A DNA stretch of 64,000 bases from Candidatus Latescibacterota bacterium (GTDB lineage: Bacteria; Latescibacterota; UBA2968; UBA8231): the NCBI GenBank assembly GCA_965248265.1, contig CBDFJF010000001.1:3104001-3168000 (forward strand), in the 5' to 3' direction. The notes under the pieces are model-generated. The model saw only the letters and a list, made by a program, of their open reading frames with translations. It ran no database searches and was not told the DNA's origin. Positions 35,675-46,089 of the stretch are shown piece by piece; the first letter of the stretch is position 1; each line of letters opens with the position of its first letter. Position numbers and translations under genes: made by a program.

Positions 35675-37011
35675 ACGGGACCTCACCGCTGATTTCGCTG
35701 GCCAATGCAAGCGCCGCCGCGATCCGGGGGAGTCGTGCAGCCTGGATCATTTTTGCCGCGGCTCTGGCGGCGCGGTTGGCCCAGGTCTTGGTAGTCGGCG
35801 AAATCCCAACGGACGACACCGCCGATTACGACGAGATCGCTCTCAACCTGCTCTCAGGAGAGGGCTTTGTCGCCCGTGAGAATTGGTTCGGCTTCGACAT
35901 GTACTCCTGGCGGGCACCGGCCCATCCGTTCCTGCTCGCGGCGATCTATTATGTGTTCGGGTACGGCCACACTGCTCCATTGATCATACAAGCACTGATC
36001 GGTGCCGCCACGGCCGTCGTCGTCTACAATCTCGGACGACTTATACATCCCGCCTCCGCTTTGCTCGCGGGAGGGCTCCTTGCCGCGTACGGGCCCTTGA
36101 TCCGGGCTACCAGCACGTTGTCGACCGAGCCACTGTTCATCCTGTTGACGGTAAGCGCCGTTCACCAGCTGACGCTAGGTGAGCGATTGGAATTGGAGTC
36201 GCCACGTCTCCGGTTTCACACCGTATGGTGCGGTATCCTCATAGCGGCCGCCGCCTTGACCCGTCCGGTTGGTCTGATGTTGCTGCCGGTGCAGGTGGGT
36301 ATATGGTACTGGCGAGCCCGTGCAGGACGAGGCAGAGGTTGGATCCGTCGCAGCCTCTGGTTGAGCGTGGGGGTAGTCTTGCTCGTAGCGCCATGGACGT
36401 TGCGCAACTATCGCGTCCACGACACGCTGGTTCCCATCTCAACCCACGGCGGTTTCATATTCGCGCACAGCAACGCAACTGATCCGGATTGGAGGAAAAA
36501 GCAGCACGCGTGGCGCATCGAGCGGGAGGTGTTCGACCGATTGCCGACGGAGATCGCCCGCGACCGTTACTGGATCCAGCAGGGTCTTGACTACATCCGA
36601 ACCCATCCAGCCCATTACGTCCAACTGGTCGGCGAGCGTCTGCTGCGCTTCTGGTACTTTTTCGAACCGCAATACAACTTCTGGTTCATGTCCGTGCTGC
36701 CATTCTGGGTGGCGGGTGTCCTCCGCTACGGCAGCCGTGATCGGTACTTATTGCTGACATCCTTCATGACCGCCTGTATAGCTGTTTTTACCCTGATTCT
36801 GTACGCCTCGGTCCGTTTCAGGCTCGCCCTGGAGCCTTTTTTCGTCCTCTACGCCAGCTCTTATCTGCGTGACTACTGGAACAGGCTGGGTCCCGAGCGC
36901 GCGACCCGAACGGTTGGACTCGTCGTCCTCATCAATGGATTGATCTGGTGGCAGGACGAGGCGTTGCGTCAGCTGCTGCTCGGAGTCATACGGCAATGGA
37001 ATCTGGGATGA
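35671..37011 (+). CDS. GT-C fold membrane glycosyltransferase (ArnT/PMT-like)
   Basis: DTADYDEIALNL, RAPAHPFLLA, STEPLF, LTRP, PWTLRNY and RFRL motifs. GTGA overlap with the upstream stop. Confidence 0.82.
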   Translation: MNGTSPLISLANASAAAIRGSRAAWIIFAAALAARLAQVLVVGEIPTDDTADYDEIALNLLSGEGFVARENWFGFDMYSWRAPAHPFLLAAIYYVFGYGHTAPLIIQALIGAATAVVVYNLGRLIHPASALLAGGLLAAYGPLIRATSTLSTEPLFILLTVSAVHQLTLGERLELESPRLRFHTVWCGILIAAAALTRPVGLMLLPVQVGIWYWRARAGRGRGWIRRSLWLSVGVVLLVAPWTLRNYRVHDTLVPISTHGGFIFAHSNATDPDWRKKQHAWRIEREVFDRLPTEIARDRYWIQQGLDYIRTHPAHYVQLVGERLLRFWYFFEPQYNFWFMSVLPFWVAGVLRYGSRDRYLLLTSFMTACIAVFTLILYASVRFRLALEPFFVLYASSYLRDYWNRLGPERATRTVGLVVLINGLIWWQDEALRQLLLGVIRQWNLG

Positions 37012-38009
37012 GTGTGAGGGCAACGGGAAGTGGGAATCCGGAGCCGCCGCCGGAACTGTCCATCTGCATCGTCACGTGGAATTCAGAATCGGTCATAAGT
37101 AATTGTTTACAAGCAATTTATAGAGATAATAGAAGCGGGGAGTGGGAAGTCTTCGTCATCGACAATGCGTCAACGGACTCCAGTTCCGAAATCGTTCGGG
37201 AAGGATTTCCTCAGGTAGTGTTGTTGGAGCCTGGAGAGAATCTTGGATTCAGCGGGGCGAACAATCTGGCTCTTCAACAGGCGGCGGGTGATTTTCTTCT
37301 TTTGCTCAATCCCGATACCGAACCGCGCCAGGGAGCCCTCGGCCAACTGGTGGATTTCATGCGGCAAGAGTCTGGTGCCGGGATCGTTGGTCCGCGCTTG
37401 ATCGGTCCGGACGGCAGGCTGGAATTGTCGTGCGGGAGGAGTCCGACATTGCTCAGCGAGATCGGACGTAAATTGTTATTGCACAGAGTGTTCCCGTTTT
37501 TTAGATTTGCCGCCTGGGATCATCGGACGAAGCGCTCGGTTGGATGGGTGACGGGTGCTTGCTTGATGATACGCCGTACAACGTGTACCCAGGCTGGGTA
37601 TCTCGATTCGCGTATTTTCATGTGCCTGGAGGATGTTGACTGGTGCATGAGAGTACGACAGGCTGGCTGGGATGTTGTCTATTTCCCGGAAAGTGAGGTT
37701 GTTCACATCGGTGGGAGCAGTATTCGGGCTAACTTCACTGAGATGCTCGTGGTCAGCCAGCAGAGCCTGTTCTACCTGTTTTTCAAGCACTTCGGTCCTT
37801 TCCATGCGCACATCCTCAGGCTCTTCACCCTGATAGAAATGGGCCTGAGGGCAGTGCTGTGGAGCGTTATGATTGCATCACCCGCTCGACGTCTGGAGGC
37901 GAGGCAGAGGTTGCTGGCCTATTCGCTGATCCTCCGAAAGACCGTTGTGGAACGCTCCTACTACCATCCCTGCGAAGAGAAAGGCATCACAGGTACACCA
38001 GATGAGTGA
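37008..38009 (+). CDS. GT2 family glycosyltransferase (WbbL-like)
   Basis: SICIVTWN, IDNASTD, NLGFSGANN, LLLNPD, GACLMIR and EDVDWC motifs. Confidence 0.9.
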   Translation: MSVRATGSGNPEPPPELSICIVTWNSESVISNCLQAIYRDNRSGEWEVFVIDNASTDSSSEIVREGFPQVVLLEPGENLGFSGANNLALQQAAGDFLLLLNPDTEPRQGALGQLVDFMRQESGAGIVGPRLIGPDGRLELSCGRSPTLLSEIGRKLLLHRVFPFFRFAAWDHRTKRSVGWVTGACLMIRRTTCTQAGYLDSRIFMCLEDVDWCMRVRQAGWDVVYFPESEVVHIGGSSIRANFTEMLVVSQQSLFYLFFKHFGPFHAHILRLFTLIEMGLRAVLWSVMIASPARRLEARQRLLAYSLILRKTVVERSYYHPCEEKGITGTPDE

Positions 38010-39174
38010 GGGAAGAATTCCCGTATTCCGGCCTTCATTCGCCGATGCAGAGTTTTCCGCCGTTCACGATGTCCTGTCGAGCGGTTGGGTTGGCCGAGGC
38101 CCGCGCACGATCGAGTTCGAGCAGGCCTTCGCCGAGTACGTCGGCGTCGAGCATGCGGTATCGCTCAATTCGGCTACGGCGGCGTTGCATATCGCCATGC
38201 TGCTGGCGCAAGTTAACGGACAGGAGGTCCTTACACCTTCACTGACTTTCGTCTCCAGCACCCAGGCCATCGTCCTGGGCGGCGGCCGGCCCGTGTTCTG
38301 CGACATCGATCCCGAAACGCTCACTATCGACCCGGAGGAGGTGGCGCGCAAGGTGACGCCGACGACGCGGGCCATCGTCGTCGTCCACTACGGCGGTCAC
38401 CCCTGCGATATGGACCCGATCATAGAGGTGGCGCAGACTCACGGTCTGACCGTTGTCGAGGACGCGGCCCATGGCTGTGGCGGATCCTACAAAGGGCGGA
38501 TGATCGGCAGTCTGGGCGACATGGGGTGCTTCAGTTTTCAGGCCACAAAGAACCTGACGACCGGCGATGGAGGCATGTTGGTGACCAATGACGGGGATCT
38601 CGCCGAACGAGCTCGCAAACTGCGCTGGGTCGGTATTTCAAGGCCTACGTGGGAACGGTTCCGTTCGGGCGAGCCGAGCCGGTCCTGGATGTATGAGGTA
38701 GAGGAGGTGGGTTACAAATACGAAATGAATGATCTGGCAGCTGCCATTGGCCTGGCGCAGCTGGGCAGGCTAGAGCGGCTCAACGGCGAGCGCCGGCGTC
38801 TGTTGAATCGTTATCGCGAAGCCTTTGCCGATGCGGAGGGCATGGAGATACTGCCTCAGCGTTCCCATGCCGAAAGCGCCTGCTACAGTGCCGTGCTCAA
38901 GTGCGGCCGCCGAGACGAGCTGTACGCCCATCTAGACCACGAGGGTATCGACTCCAACGTGCACTATTACCCCAACCACATGTTGCCAATTTTTCGGGCC
39001 TACACTACCCGTCTTCCGGAAACGGAGGCGCAGTGGCAGCATATCCTCACCATTCCGCTGCACCCCGATCTGTCAGAGCAAGATCAGGATCGGGTGATCG
39101 ATTCAATTCGCCGATTCGCTGCAGAGGAAAACTCGCAGTTGGGCGGTCAGTCGAACTCGGCAGCCAGTGCCTGA
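38002..39174 (+). CDS. DegT/DnrJ/EryC1/StrS sugar aminotransferase
   Basis: NSATAALH, VVHYGG, EDAAH, FSFQATKNLTTGDGG and GYKYEMND motifs. Confidence 0.93.
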   Translation: MSEGRIPVFRPSFADAEFSAVHDVLSSGWVGRGPRTIEFEQAFAEYVGVEHAVSLNSATAALHIAMLLAQVNGQEVLTPSLTFVSSTQAIVLGGGRPVFCDIDPETLTIDPEEVARKVTPTTRAIVVVHYGGHPCDMDPIIEVAQTHGLTVVEDAAHGCGGSYKGRMIGSLGDMGCFSFQATKNLTTGDGGMLVTNDGDLAERARKLRWVGISRPTWERFRSGEPSRSWMYEVEEVGYKYEMNDLAAAIGLAQLGRLERLNGERRRLLNRYREAFADAEGMEILPQRSHAESACYSAVLKCGRRDELYAHLDHEGIDSNVHYYPNHMLPIFRAYTTRLPETEAQWQHILTIPLHPDLSEQDQDRVIDSIRRFAAEENSQLGGQSNSAASA

Positions 39175-39198
39175 GCTTCCATCAAGATGGAGGTCTGA

Positions 39199-40347
39199 GT
39201 GAGGGTTCTGTTCGTAACGCAGTACGGCATGCTGGCGCCAAGCAGTCGCACCCGCGTCTTCCAGTACCTGCCCTTTCTGCACGAGTGTGGTGTCGGCACG
39301 CGTGTCATCACCGTGCTACCGGACGATGCCATTGCCGGCTCACAGGTCACGGTGACGGAGCGGCCACTCCGCAAGATCAGCTATTACTTGTGGGCGTCCT
39401 GGCGGACATTGCTATGTGGTCTGAGGGCCTGCTGGGTTTGCGGGCGATTCGATCTCCTCCTCATCCAAAAAGTGATTCTGCCCGCTCCAGTGCGCCTCCT
39501 ACTTCGCTGGCGCCGCATTCCGGTCATTTTCGATTTTGACGATGCCATATTCACTACCGAGGTGCGCGGGGGAAGGGCGAACTGGCTTGCCCGCTGGAAG
39601 GAACGCCGCAACACCAGGGGCGTGCCAGCCATGCTGGGGCTTGCGCAAAAGGCGATCGTCGAGAACGACTACACCGGCACCTACGCTTCCCGCTTTTGTC
39701 CGGTGGCTAAGATAACAGGGCCGGTCGATACGAGTCTGTTCACGAAAAACGCACGCAACGGGCAGAAAAAGGTGGTCCTGGGTTGGATAGGCAGTGCCAC
39801 TTCGGTGCAGTACCTGAAACTCATCGAGGGCCCATTGCGCCGCCTGGCCTGCCAGTATCCGGATGTCGCCGTTCGCGTCATCGGCGCCAATGGCTGGCAC
39901 TTGCCCGGGATTGCGGTGGAAACGAAGGACTGGAGGCTGGAGGAAGAGGGTCAGGATCTGGCTGATTTCGACATCGGGTTGATGCCGATAACGGAAGATC
40001 CCTGGACTCTGGGAAAAGGGGGGTACAAGCTGCTGCAGTACATGGCCAGCGCACTACCCGTGGTGGCCAGTCCAGTTGGAATCAACAGTGAGATCGTCGA
40101 GGAGGGAGAAACTGGATTTCTCGCTCGTTCGGACGGTGAATGGGAAGACCGATTGACCAGGCTCATCGAAGATGCCTCACTGCGCGAACGCATGGGATCT
40201 CGCGGCAGAGCGGTCGCCGAGAACCGCTACTCGCTCTCCACTCAACAACACCAGCTGATGGATATCCTCACTGAGGTCGCCGAATGGGGGGAGCACAACT
40301 CACAAAGTGCTGCAAAACTGCGGCACCCCGAGGGGCATCCGGCGTGA
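39199..40347 (+). CDS. GT4 family glycosyltransferase
   Basis: SSRTRVFQY, DFDDAIF, LGWIGS, DIGLMP and KLLQYMA..PVVASPVG motifs. Confidence 0.9.
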   Translation: MRVLFVTQYGMLAPSSRTRVFQYLPFLHECGVGTRVITVLPDDAIAGSQVTVTERPLRKISYYLWASWRTLLCGLRACWVCGRFDLLLIQKVILPAPVRLLLRWRRIPVIFDFDDAIFTTEVRGGRANWLARWKERRNTRGVPAMLGLAQKAIVENDYTGTYASRFCPVAKITGPVDTSLFTKNARNGQKKVVLGWIGSATSVQYLKLIEGPLRRLACQYPDVAVRVIGANGWHLPGIAVETKDWRLEEEGQDLADFDIGLMPITEDPWTLGKGGYKLLQYMASALPVVASPVGINSEIVEEGETGFLARSDGEWEDRLTRLIEDASLRERMGSRGRAVAENRYSLSTQQHQLMDILTEVAEWGEHNSQSAAKLRHPEGHPA

Positions 40348-40654
40348 CGATTCCGGCTGATTCCTGCCAGGCAGGCGATGAGGTACTCCGTGGCGGAACC
40401 GGGCAGTCTGGCAAAGTGTGCTTATTTCGGGCTGATTTCTTATACTACCTTGGTTGTACCGGCGCCGAAAGGGTCACAAAGCTGGGCCTTTTTTTCTGGG
40501 CCTGTTGTGAACGGCGTCACCTTCGCGCCACTTCCGATGTCGGATTATTGACTACTGGGCAACCGCGCCCAGCCGGTCTTTTAGCGGCTGGGGTGGTCGG
40601 GTGAAGTTATCCATGTGCCTGTCGACTCATTCGTGCAGGCAACTGAGGATATAG

Positions 40655-41620
40655 ATGAAGGTATTGATTACGGGGGGGGCGGGATTCATCGGTTCCCACC
40701 TGGCTGAGCGCCATCTTTCACTGGGTGATCAGGTGGCCATCGTTGACAATTTGTCCACGGGTCAGATAACGAACGTTCAGCACCTGGAAGGCAACGAAAA
40801 TTTTCGGTGCCGCATTGATGATGTACTGAACCTCGAGGTCATGCGCGAGTTGGTAGACTGGTGCGACCTTATCTATCATCTCGCCGCTGCCGTCGGCGTA
40901 GAGTATATCCTCGAAAATCCGCTCCAGACACTCACCACCAACATCCAGGGCACCGAGATCATTCTCGAGCTGGCCAACCAGCAGAAGAAAAAGGTCGTCG
41001 TTGCCTCGACCTCAGAGATCTACGGGAAGAAGAACGGGCACGTACCCTTCCGTGAAGACAGTGACCGCATTCTTGGGCCCACAACCGTGGTCCGCTGGAG
41101 CTACTCCACTTCGAAGGCCGTTGATGAGCTGTTCGCGCTGGCGTACTGGCGCGAAAAAAGATTGCCAACGGTAATCGTACGGCCGTTCAATGTGGTGGGA
41201 CCGCGCCAAACCGGGCACTACGGCATGGTGGTGCCGCGCTTCATCAAGCAGGCCATGTTGGGCGAGCCCATCACGGTGTATGACAGCGGTGAGCAGTCTC
41301 GTTGCTGGACCTACATCGATGATGCCATCGACGGCTTTGTCGCACTGGCCCTCAGTGACGGTGCAGTGGGTGAGATTTTCAACATCGGTTCGAATTTTGA
41401 GAGTTCGATCAAGGACCTGGCTTACAAGATCAAAGAGTTGACCGGCAGTCGCTCTGAGGTGGCCTTCACGCCCTACGAACAGACCCGCCGCAACGGCTTG
41501 TACGAGGACCTGATCTATCGCGCTCCCGATCTGGAGAAGATCCGCAATCTGGTGGGCTACGATCCGAAGGTGAATCTGGACGAGGCGCTGACTCGAATCA
41601 TCGAGGACTACAAGCGCTAA
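40655..41620 (+). CDS. NAD-dependent nucleotide-sugar epimerase/dehydratase (extended SDR)
   Basis: ITGGAGFIGSHL, HLAAAVGV, ASTSEIYG, YSTSK and FNVVGPRQ motifs. Confidence 0.92.
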   Translation: MKVLITGGAGFIGSHLAERHLSLGDQVAIVDNLSTGQITNVQHLEGNENFRCRIDDVLNLEVMRELVDWCDLIYHLAAAVGVEYILENPLQTLTTNIQGTEIILELANQQKKKVVVASTSEIYGKKNGHVPFREDSDRILGPTTVVRWSYSTSKAVDELFALAYWREKRLPTVIVRPFNVVGPRQTGHYGMVVPRFIKQAMLGEPITVYDSGEQSRCWTYIDDAIDGFVALALSDGAVGEIFNIGSNFESSIKDLAYKIKELTGSRSEVAFTPYEQTRRNGLYEDLIYRAPDLEKIRNLVGYDPKVNLDEALTRIIEDYKR

Positions 41621-41659
41621 GGCCTCGAGAGCACGAGCCGTTCCCGAATCAATCTCTTC

Positions 41660-42157
41660 CTACAGGATTTTCTTCAGCAGGCGTGGGGTCACGAACCACT
41701 CTAGCTGGCCGCAGCCATCGACGACATCTGCCCAGCGGCCAATGTCCAGCTGAACACAGGCCAGTGCCGCTGTCGGAAATCGCAACGCACAGCCGCTCAA
41801 ATCCGCCAGCCAGTTCTCCATCCCGGGATTGTGGGCGACGACCAAACCCGATTCGCAACCCTCATCGGCGGAACGGACTACCTGTGAAAGCGTCGAAGAG
41901 TCAGCCAGGTACAGACGTTCGTCGAAACCGAGTGCTACTTCGAGCTGGCCTGCTTCTATGACGAGTTCAGCAGTCTGCCGGGCGCGGCTGGCCGGAGAGC
42001 TCAAGACGAAATCTGCCAGACCACCATCGGAGCCCAAAAGGGCGGCCATGCGTGGCCCATCGGACTGCCCGCGTTTGTTCAGCGGTCGGTCGAAATCAGA
42101 TTGGGCGGAATTGGACCAGTCCGACTTGGCGTGACGCATCAAGAACAGGGTTTTCAT
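41660..42157 (-). CDS. sixA: SixA-like histidine phosphatase
   Basis: LMRHAKSDW, DFDRPLNKRG, SSPASRARQTA, HNPG and FPTAA motifs. Confidence 0.88.
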   Translation of the reverse strand: MKTLFLMRHAKSDWSNSAQSDFDRPLNKRGQSDGPRMAALLGSDGGLADFVLSSPASRARQTAELVIEAGQLEVALGFDERLYLADSSTLSQVVRSADEGCESGLVVAHNPGMENWLADLSGCALRFPTAALACVQLDIGRWADVVDGCGQLEWFVTPRLLKKIL

Positions 42158-42318
42158 TCACTACACTCCTCGGTCGCCCGGCCCAAGCGGGATTCTGTTG
42201 CCCTCGCCACTACGGCATCGTTATCTTTGCGTGGTCGTTGGGATGTATAGAGAGGGCACGGGTTCGCGGACAAGGTAGCGAACTATCGCCATCCATCAAC
42301 AGCAAACGCGGACCGCCA

Positions 42319-43386
42319 ATGTCAGATCCTCTAGAGATCAACCTCGATATTCAGCCGAACTCGCGGTTCGAACTCATCGATATCGCCGCGCGCATTCGTG
42401 AGGATGCCGGGGATTGCCTGGGCGAGTACCGCAGGGCGCTCTACTGCTCCCTGCACACGACCGCCGGGTACCTGGAACAGGGTGCATGCGCGCGCCTCGG
42501 GCACAGCCGCAAGCAGCTCGATCCGTTCTTCAGACTTTTCCAACGACTTTTTCCGCAGAACGCCGGCTACTCACACGACCGCATCCAGCTGCGAGACGAG
42601 CTCACTGAAACCCAGAAGCAGAATGAGCCGATCAATGCGGATTCGCATCTGACGTTCATCGGTGCCGGATTGAAGAATTGCGTCACCTACCTTCACAAGC
42701 CGGACCAACCCGTCTACTTCGTAGAACTCGACGGTTTGAACGAGAAGATCCCCAGGAAGCGTCACACCACCGTATTGGGCTACGACAAAGAAGCCATCAC
42801 CTACCGTGGGCGCATAGAGATCCCGGTGTCGTCGTCACACGCTATCGATTCCTACAACCTCAAGGATCCTCGCTTTGGTGTATTTGAACAGCTAGAGGAG
42901 CTGTTAGACCGTTATGGGGTAGACAAGGGCCGCTTCGATATCCGGCTCGCACCGGAGGAGAGTGATGCTGGTTTGACGGTTAACGAGTACGAAACACTGC
43001 TGGTGCGCAATGATCTACCGGAAGTGTTGCGGGACCCGCTTCGCTACATGGTCAAGCGGGGTCGCAAACTTCTGCGTGACCCGGCCTCCATTCCAGAGAA
43101 GACGAGAGACTACGCGACGTACGACCTCATCCACCTGTACAACGAATTCGTCAGCAGCTTGCCCTTCGGCCGAGCCATCGTTGACCGTATCATGTCCGCG
43201 CTCTCCACGCCCGCGTACCGCATGCTACGGTTGAAGCGTCACGTCAGCCTGCTGGTGTCGACGAGTTCGGAGACCGGACCCGACCGCATCGTGCAGGGGA
43301 CCTACCAGACACCGATCCTGGTTCAGCACCATCGGCCCGACCGAGGTGTCCGTTCCCTCATCATCACGCTGCGTCGATTCGAATAA
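42319..43386 (+). CDS. Protein with two tandem YjbQ/UPF0047-like domains
   Basis: Domain 1 has SLHTTAG, NADSHL and FVELDG..PRKR; domain 2 has AGLTVNE and QGTYQTPILV. Confidence 0.6.
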   Translation: MSDPLEINLDIQPNSRFELIDIAARIREDAGDCLGEYRRALYCSLHTTAGYLEQGACARLGHSRKQLDPFFRLFQRLFPQNAGYSHDRIQLRDELTETQKQNEPINADSHLTFIGAGLKNCVTYLHKPDQPVYFVELDGLNEKIPRKRHTTVLGYDKEAITYRGRIEIPVSSSHAIDSYNLKDPRFGVFEQLEELLDRYGVDKGRFDIRLAPEESDAGLTVNEYETLLVRNDLPEVLRDPLRYMVKRGRKLLRDPASIPEKTRDYATYDLIHLYNEFVSSLPFGRAIVDRIMSALSTPAYRMLRLKRHVSLLVSTSSETGPDRIVQGTYQTPILVQHHRPDRGVRSLIITLRRFE

Positions 43387-43410
43387 AGCACCCCACCACA
43401 CTGTAGGCTG

Positions 43411-44760
43411 ATGCACGTAGACCCTTCCATTTTCAAGGCCTACGATATTCGCGGCATCTTTCCGGACCCGTTGAGCGTCGAGGTTGCCGAGGCTGTCGGC
43501 CGGGCTTTCGCCACGCTGCTTCAACCGGCCGAAGTCGTCGTCGGTCACGACATGCGCCTGTCCAGCCCCGATGTCTTCGCAGCGGCCGTCGCCGGACTGG
43601 TTACGCAGGGAGTCGATGTCATCGACATCGGCATGGTCAGCACAGATCAGTACTACTATTCCTGCGCCGTCCTCGAGCGGTCGGGAATGATGGTGACGGC
43701 CTCTCACAACCCTCCCGAGTACAACGGGTTCAAGATGGTCCGGCGCATGCCATTTGTGTTGAGCGCCGAGGATGGCATTCAGGAGTTGCGTGCCATCGTC
43801 GAAGAGGATGCCTTCGCAGAACCATCGGCGTCGAGGGGCGAGGTCAGGCAGCGCGACATGAGCGCTGACTTCGTCGACTACGTTCTGGGCCTGATCGAGC
43901 CAACTGAGCTGAGACCACTGCGGGTCGTGGCTGATACGGCCAATGGCATGGTGGGACCCATTCTGAGCCGTGTTTACGACCGACTGCCGGTCGAGTTGAT
44001 CGGTATGTACCTGGATCCGGACGGCTCTCTGCCCAATCACGGTCTCGATCCGATGCAAGAGGAAAACCGCCGCGACCTTCAGCACCGTGTCGTGGTCGAA
44101 AAGGCCGACGTCGGTTTCGCGTTTGATGGGGATGGCGATCGCTTCTTCGTCATCGACGACCGTGGCCAGTTTGTGCCGGGCGACTTTCTCACCGCACTGC
44201 TGGCCTGTTACCTGCTCGAGCGAGAGCCAGGAGGCAAGATTGTCTACGACGTGCGCTGCTCCTGGGCCGTGCCTGAAATGGTGTCGGCAGCTGGTGGAGA
44301 TGCCCTGGTCGAACGAGTAGGCCATGCCTTCATAAAACCAAAGATGTTCGAAGAGAAGGCCATTTTCGCTGGAGAGCTCAGCGGGCATTACTACCTGCGT
44401 GATTTCTTCGGAGCCGATTCGGGCATCGTGCCGTCACTCTTCATGCTCGAGATGCTTTCCAGGCGCGGTCAGAAGTTGTCCCAATTGCTGGCCCCGATCG
44501 AGCAGGCCCATTTCATCTCATGGGAGATCAACTCGCGCGTGGACGATCCCCAGGGCAAGATTCGCACGCTTGAACAGCGTTACGCCGATGGTGAGATCTC
44601 CCGTATCGACGGAATCTCAGTCAGTTATCCCGACTGGCATTTCAACGTGCGATCGTCCAACACCGAACCCCTGTTGCGTCTGAACCTGGAAGGCCGGACC
44701 AGAGAACTGATGGAAGTGAAGCGGGACGAGATTCTGGCGATCATCAGAGATGAGGCCTGA
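43411..44760 (+). CDS. manB: Phosphomannomutase/phosphoglucomutase
   Basis: FKAYDIRG, TASHNP..YNGFK, FDGDGDR, GELSGHYY and NVRSSNTEP motifs. Confidence 0.93.
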   Translation: MHVDPSIFKAYDIRGIFPDPLSVEVAEAVGRAFATLLQPAEVVVGHDMRLSSPDVFAAAVAGLVTQGVDVIDIGMVSTDQYYYSCAVLERSGMMVTASHNPPEYNGFKMVRRMPFVLSAEDGIQELRAIVEEDAFAEPSASRGEVRQRDMSADFVDYVLGLIEPTELRPLRVVADTANGMVGPILSRVYDRLPVELIGMYLDPDGSLPNHGLDPMQEENRRDLQHRVVVEKADVGFAFDGDGDRFFVIDDRGQFVPGDFLTALLACYLLEREPGGKIVYDVRCSWAVPEMVSAAGGDALVERVGHAFIKPKMFEEKAIFAGELSGHYYLRDFFGADSGIVPSLFMLEMLSRRGQKLSQLLAPIEQAHFISWEINSRVDDPQGKIRTLEQRYADGEISRIDGISVSYPDWHFNVRSSNTEPLLRLNLEGRTRELMEVKRDEILAIIRDEA

Positions 44761-44784
44761 TCAGACAGGCGATATCCCACTTTC

Positions 44785-46011
44785 TTGAAACTCCTTAGAG
44801 ATTTTTCGAGCAACGCGGTTTGCACCGGCCTGGCGTTCGCCCTCGGATTCGTCAACCAGGCCTTGCTGTTCCGCGAGCTCGGACCGGCCTTACGGGGCCG
44901 ACTGGGAATCATCACGACGGCAGTGATGATCGGATCGCTGGTTCTGGGTGAGTGGCTGAGCCGCGGCAACACCTACGTCACCGGCAAGCAGGGCCGAGCG
45001 GCAGACGTCATGGCCAGTTCCTTCGTCTACACCGCTTGCGTGGCTGTGCTGGTGGCCATTCTGGCGTTGGCCGCGGGTGCGATGCAGCCGTTCGATCGGC
45101 TGAGCGGAACAGACTACCTGTTCATGGCCCTGCTGCTGGCGGCCATCATCGCTCAGCGGGCGGTGCAAGCGGTGCTGCTCGGGCAGGACCGACAACTGCG
45201 CTACGCCGCCATACCCCTGATACTGGTGGCCCTGTACCTATCCGGCAATGCCGTGGCCCTGCTGATATATCGTTCCGGTCTCGGAGGGGTCTTGATTGCC
45301 TGGTCGACGGCCGCTTGCCTGGCCACCCTGGCGGCTGTGCTGATGGTTGGCCGCATCACACTTGGCAGGCCGAGCTCTGCTCTACTGCGCGCGACGGCGA
45401 GAGTCGGGGGCCGTGGCGCGTTGTCAGCGACGATCATATACCTCCTGTTTCGCAGCGACGTATTTTTGGTCGGTCACTTCCTTGGCGAAGAGCAGGTGGG
45501 CGTCTACTTCGCCTGTGTCGTCATCGCAGAAATGATACAACGGATCCCGAATCTGGCCGGCGTGGTGCTGTTGCCGAAGGTGCAGGCGGGCGCCGATGAT
45601 GATCACGCGATCACTCTGATCGTGGCCAGACGGGTGCTGGCTGGATTCGTCCCGATCGCCGTTGTCGTCGTGGTCGCGGGCAGAAGCTTGATCGAAGTCC
45701 TGGGGGGACCCGAATACGCCGGGGCGTTCACCCCACTGCTGTTGATGTTGCCGGGGTTGATGGCGACCGGTTTCGGCTCCGTACTCAACACCAAGCTGGC
45801 GGGAGAGGGCTACCCACCTCTGACGATTTGGGCCGCCGCCGCGGCGCTGTTTACGAACGTGCTGCTCAATCTGGTGCTGATCCCAACGTGGGCACTGGAG
45901 GGTGCTGCCATTTCCACGTCGGTTGCGTACATTCTGTGGGCTGTAATCGTAACCACTGGATTCCGGCGCCGAACCGGCATTGCCTGGGGACAGTTCCTCA
46001 CCGGGAAATGA
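44785..46011 (+). CDS. Wzx-type oligosaccharide flippase (MOP superfamily)
   Basis: About 12 TM segments; LFRSDVFLVG..VGVY and NVLLNLVLIP.W..GAAISTSVAY motifs. Confidence 0.85.
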   Translation: MKLLRDFSSNAVCTGLAFALGFVNQALLFRELGPALRGRLGIITTAVMIGSLVLGEWLSRGNTYVTGKQGRAADVMASSFVYTACVAVLVAILALAAGAMQPFDRLSGTDYLFMALLLAAIIAQRAVQAVLLGQDRQLRYAAIPLILVALYLSGNAVALLIYRSGLGGVLIAWSTAACLATLAAVLMVGRITLGRPSSALLRATARVGGRGALSATIIYLLFRSDVFLVGHFLGEEQVGVYFACVVIAEMIQRIPNLAGVVLLPKVQAGADDDHAITLIVARRVLAGFVPIAVVVVVAGRSLIEVLGGPEYAGAFTPLLLMLPGLMATGFGSVLNTKLAGEGYPPLTIWAAAAALFTNVLLNLVLIPTWALEGAAISTSVAYILWAVIVTTGFRRRTGIAWGQFLTGK

Positions 46012-46089
46012 GGAGCGGCGACTCGTACTCGGTACACCGAGTCGAGGATTCCCACCTGCCTGTGTTGCTACCCTATTCGCGAGGTCTGC

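Noticed and set aside
37075-37145. AT-rich patch in the GT2 gene as a foreign insertion
   Set aside because: It is short, in frame, encodes normal GT2 sequence, and has no mobility signatures.
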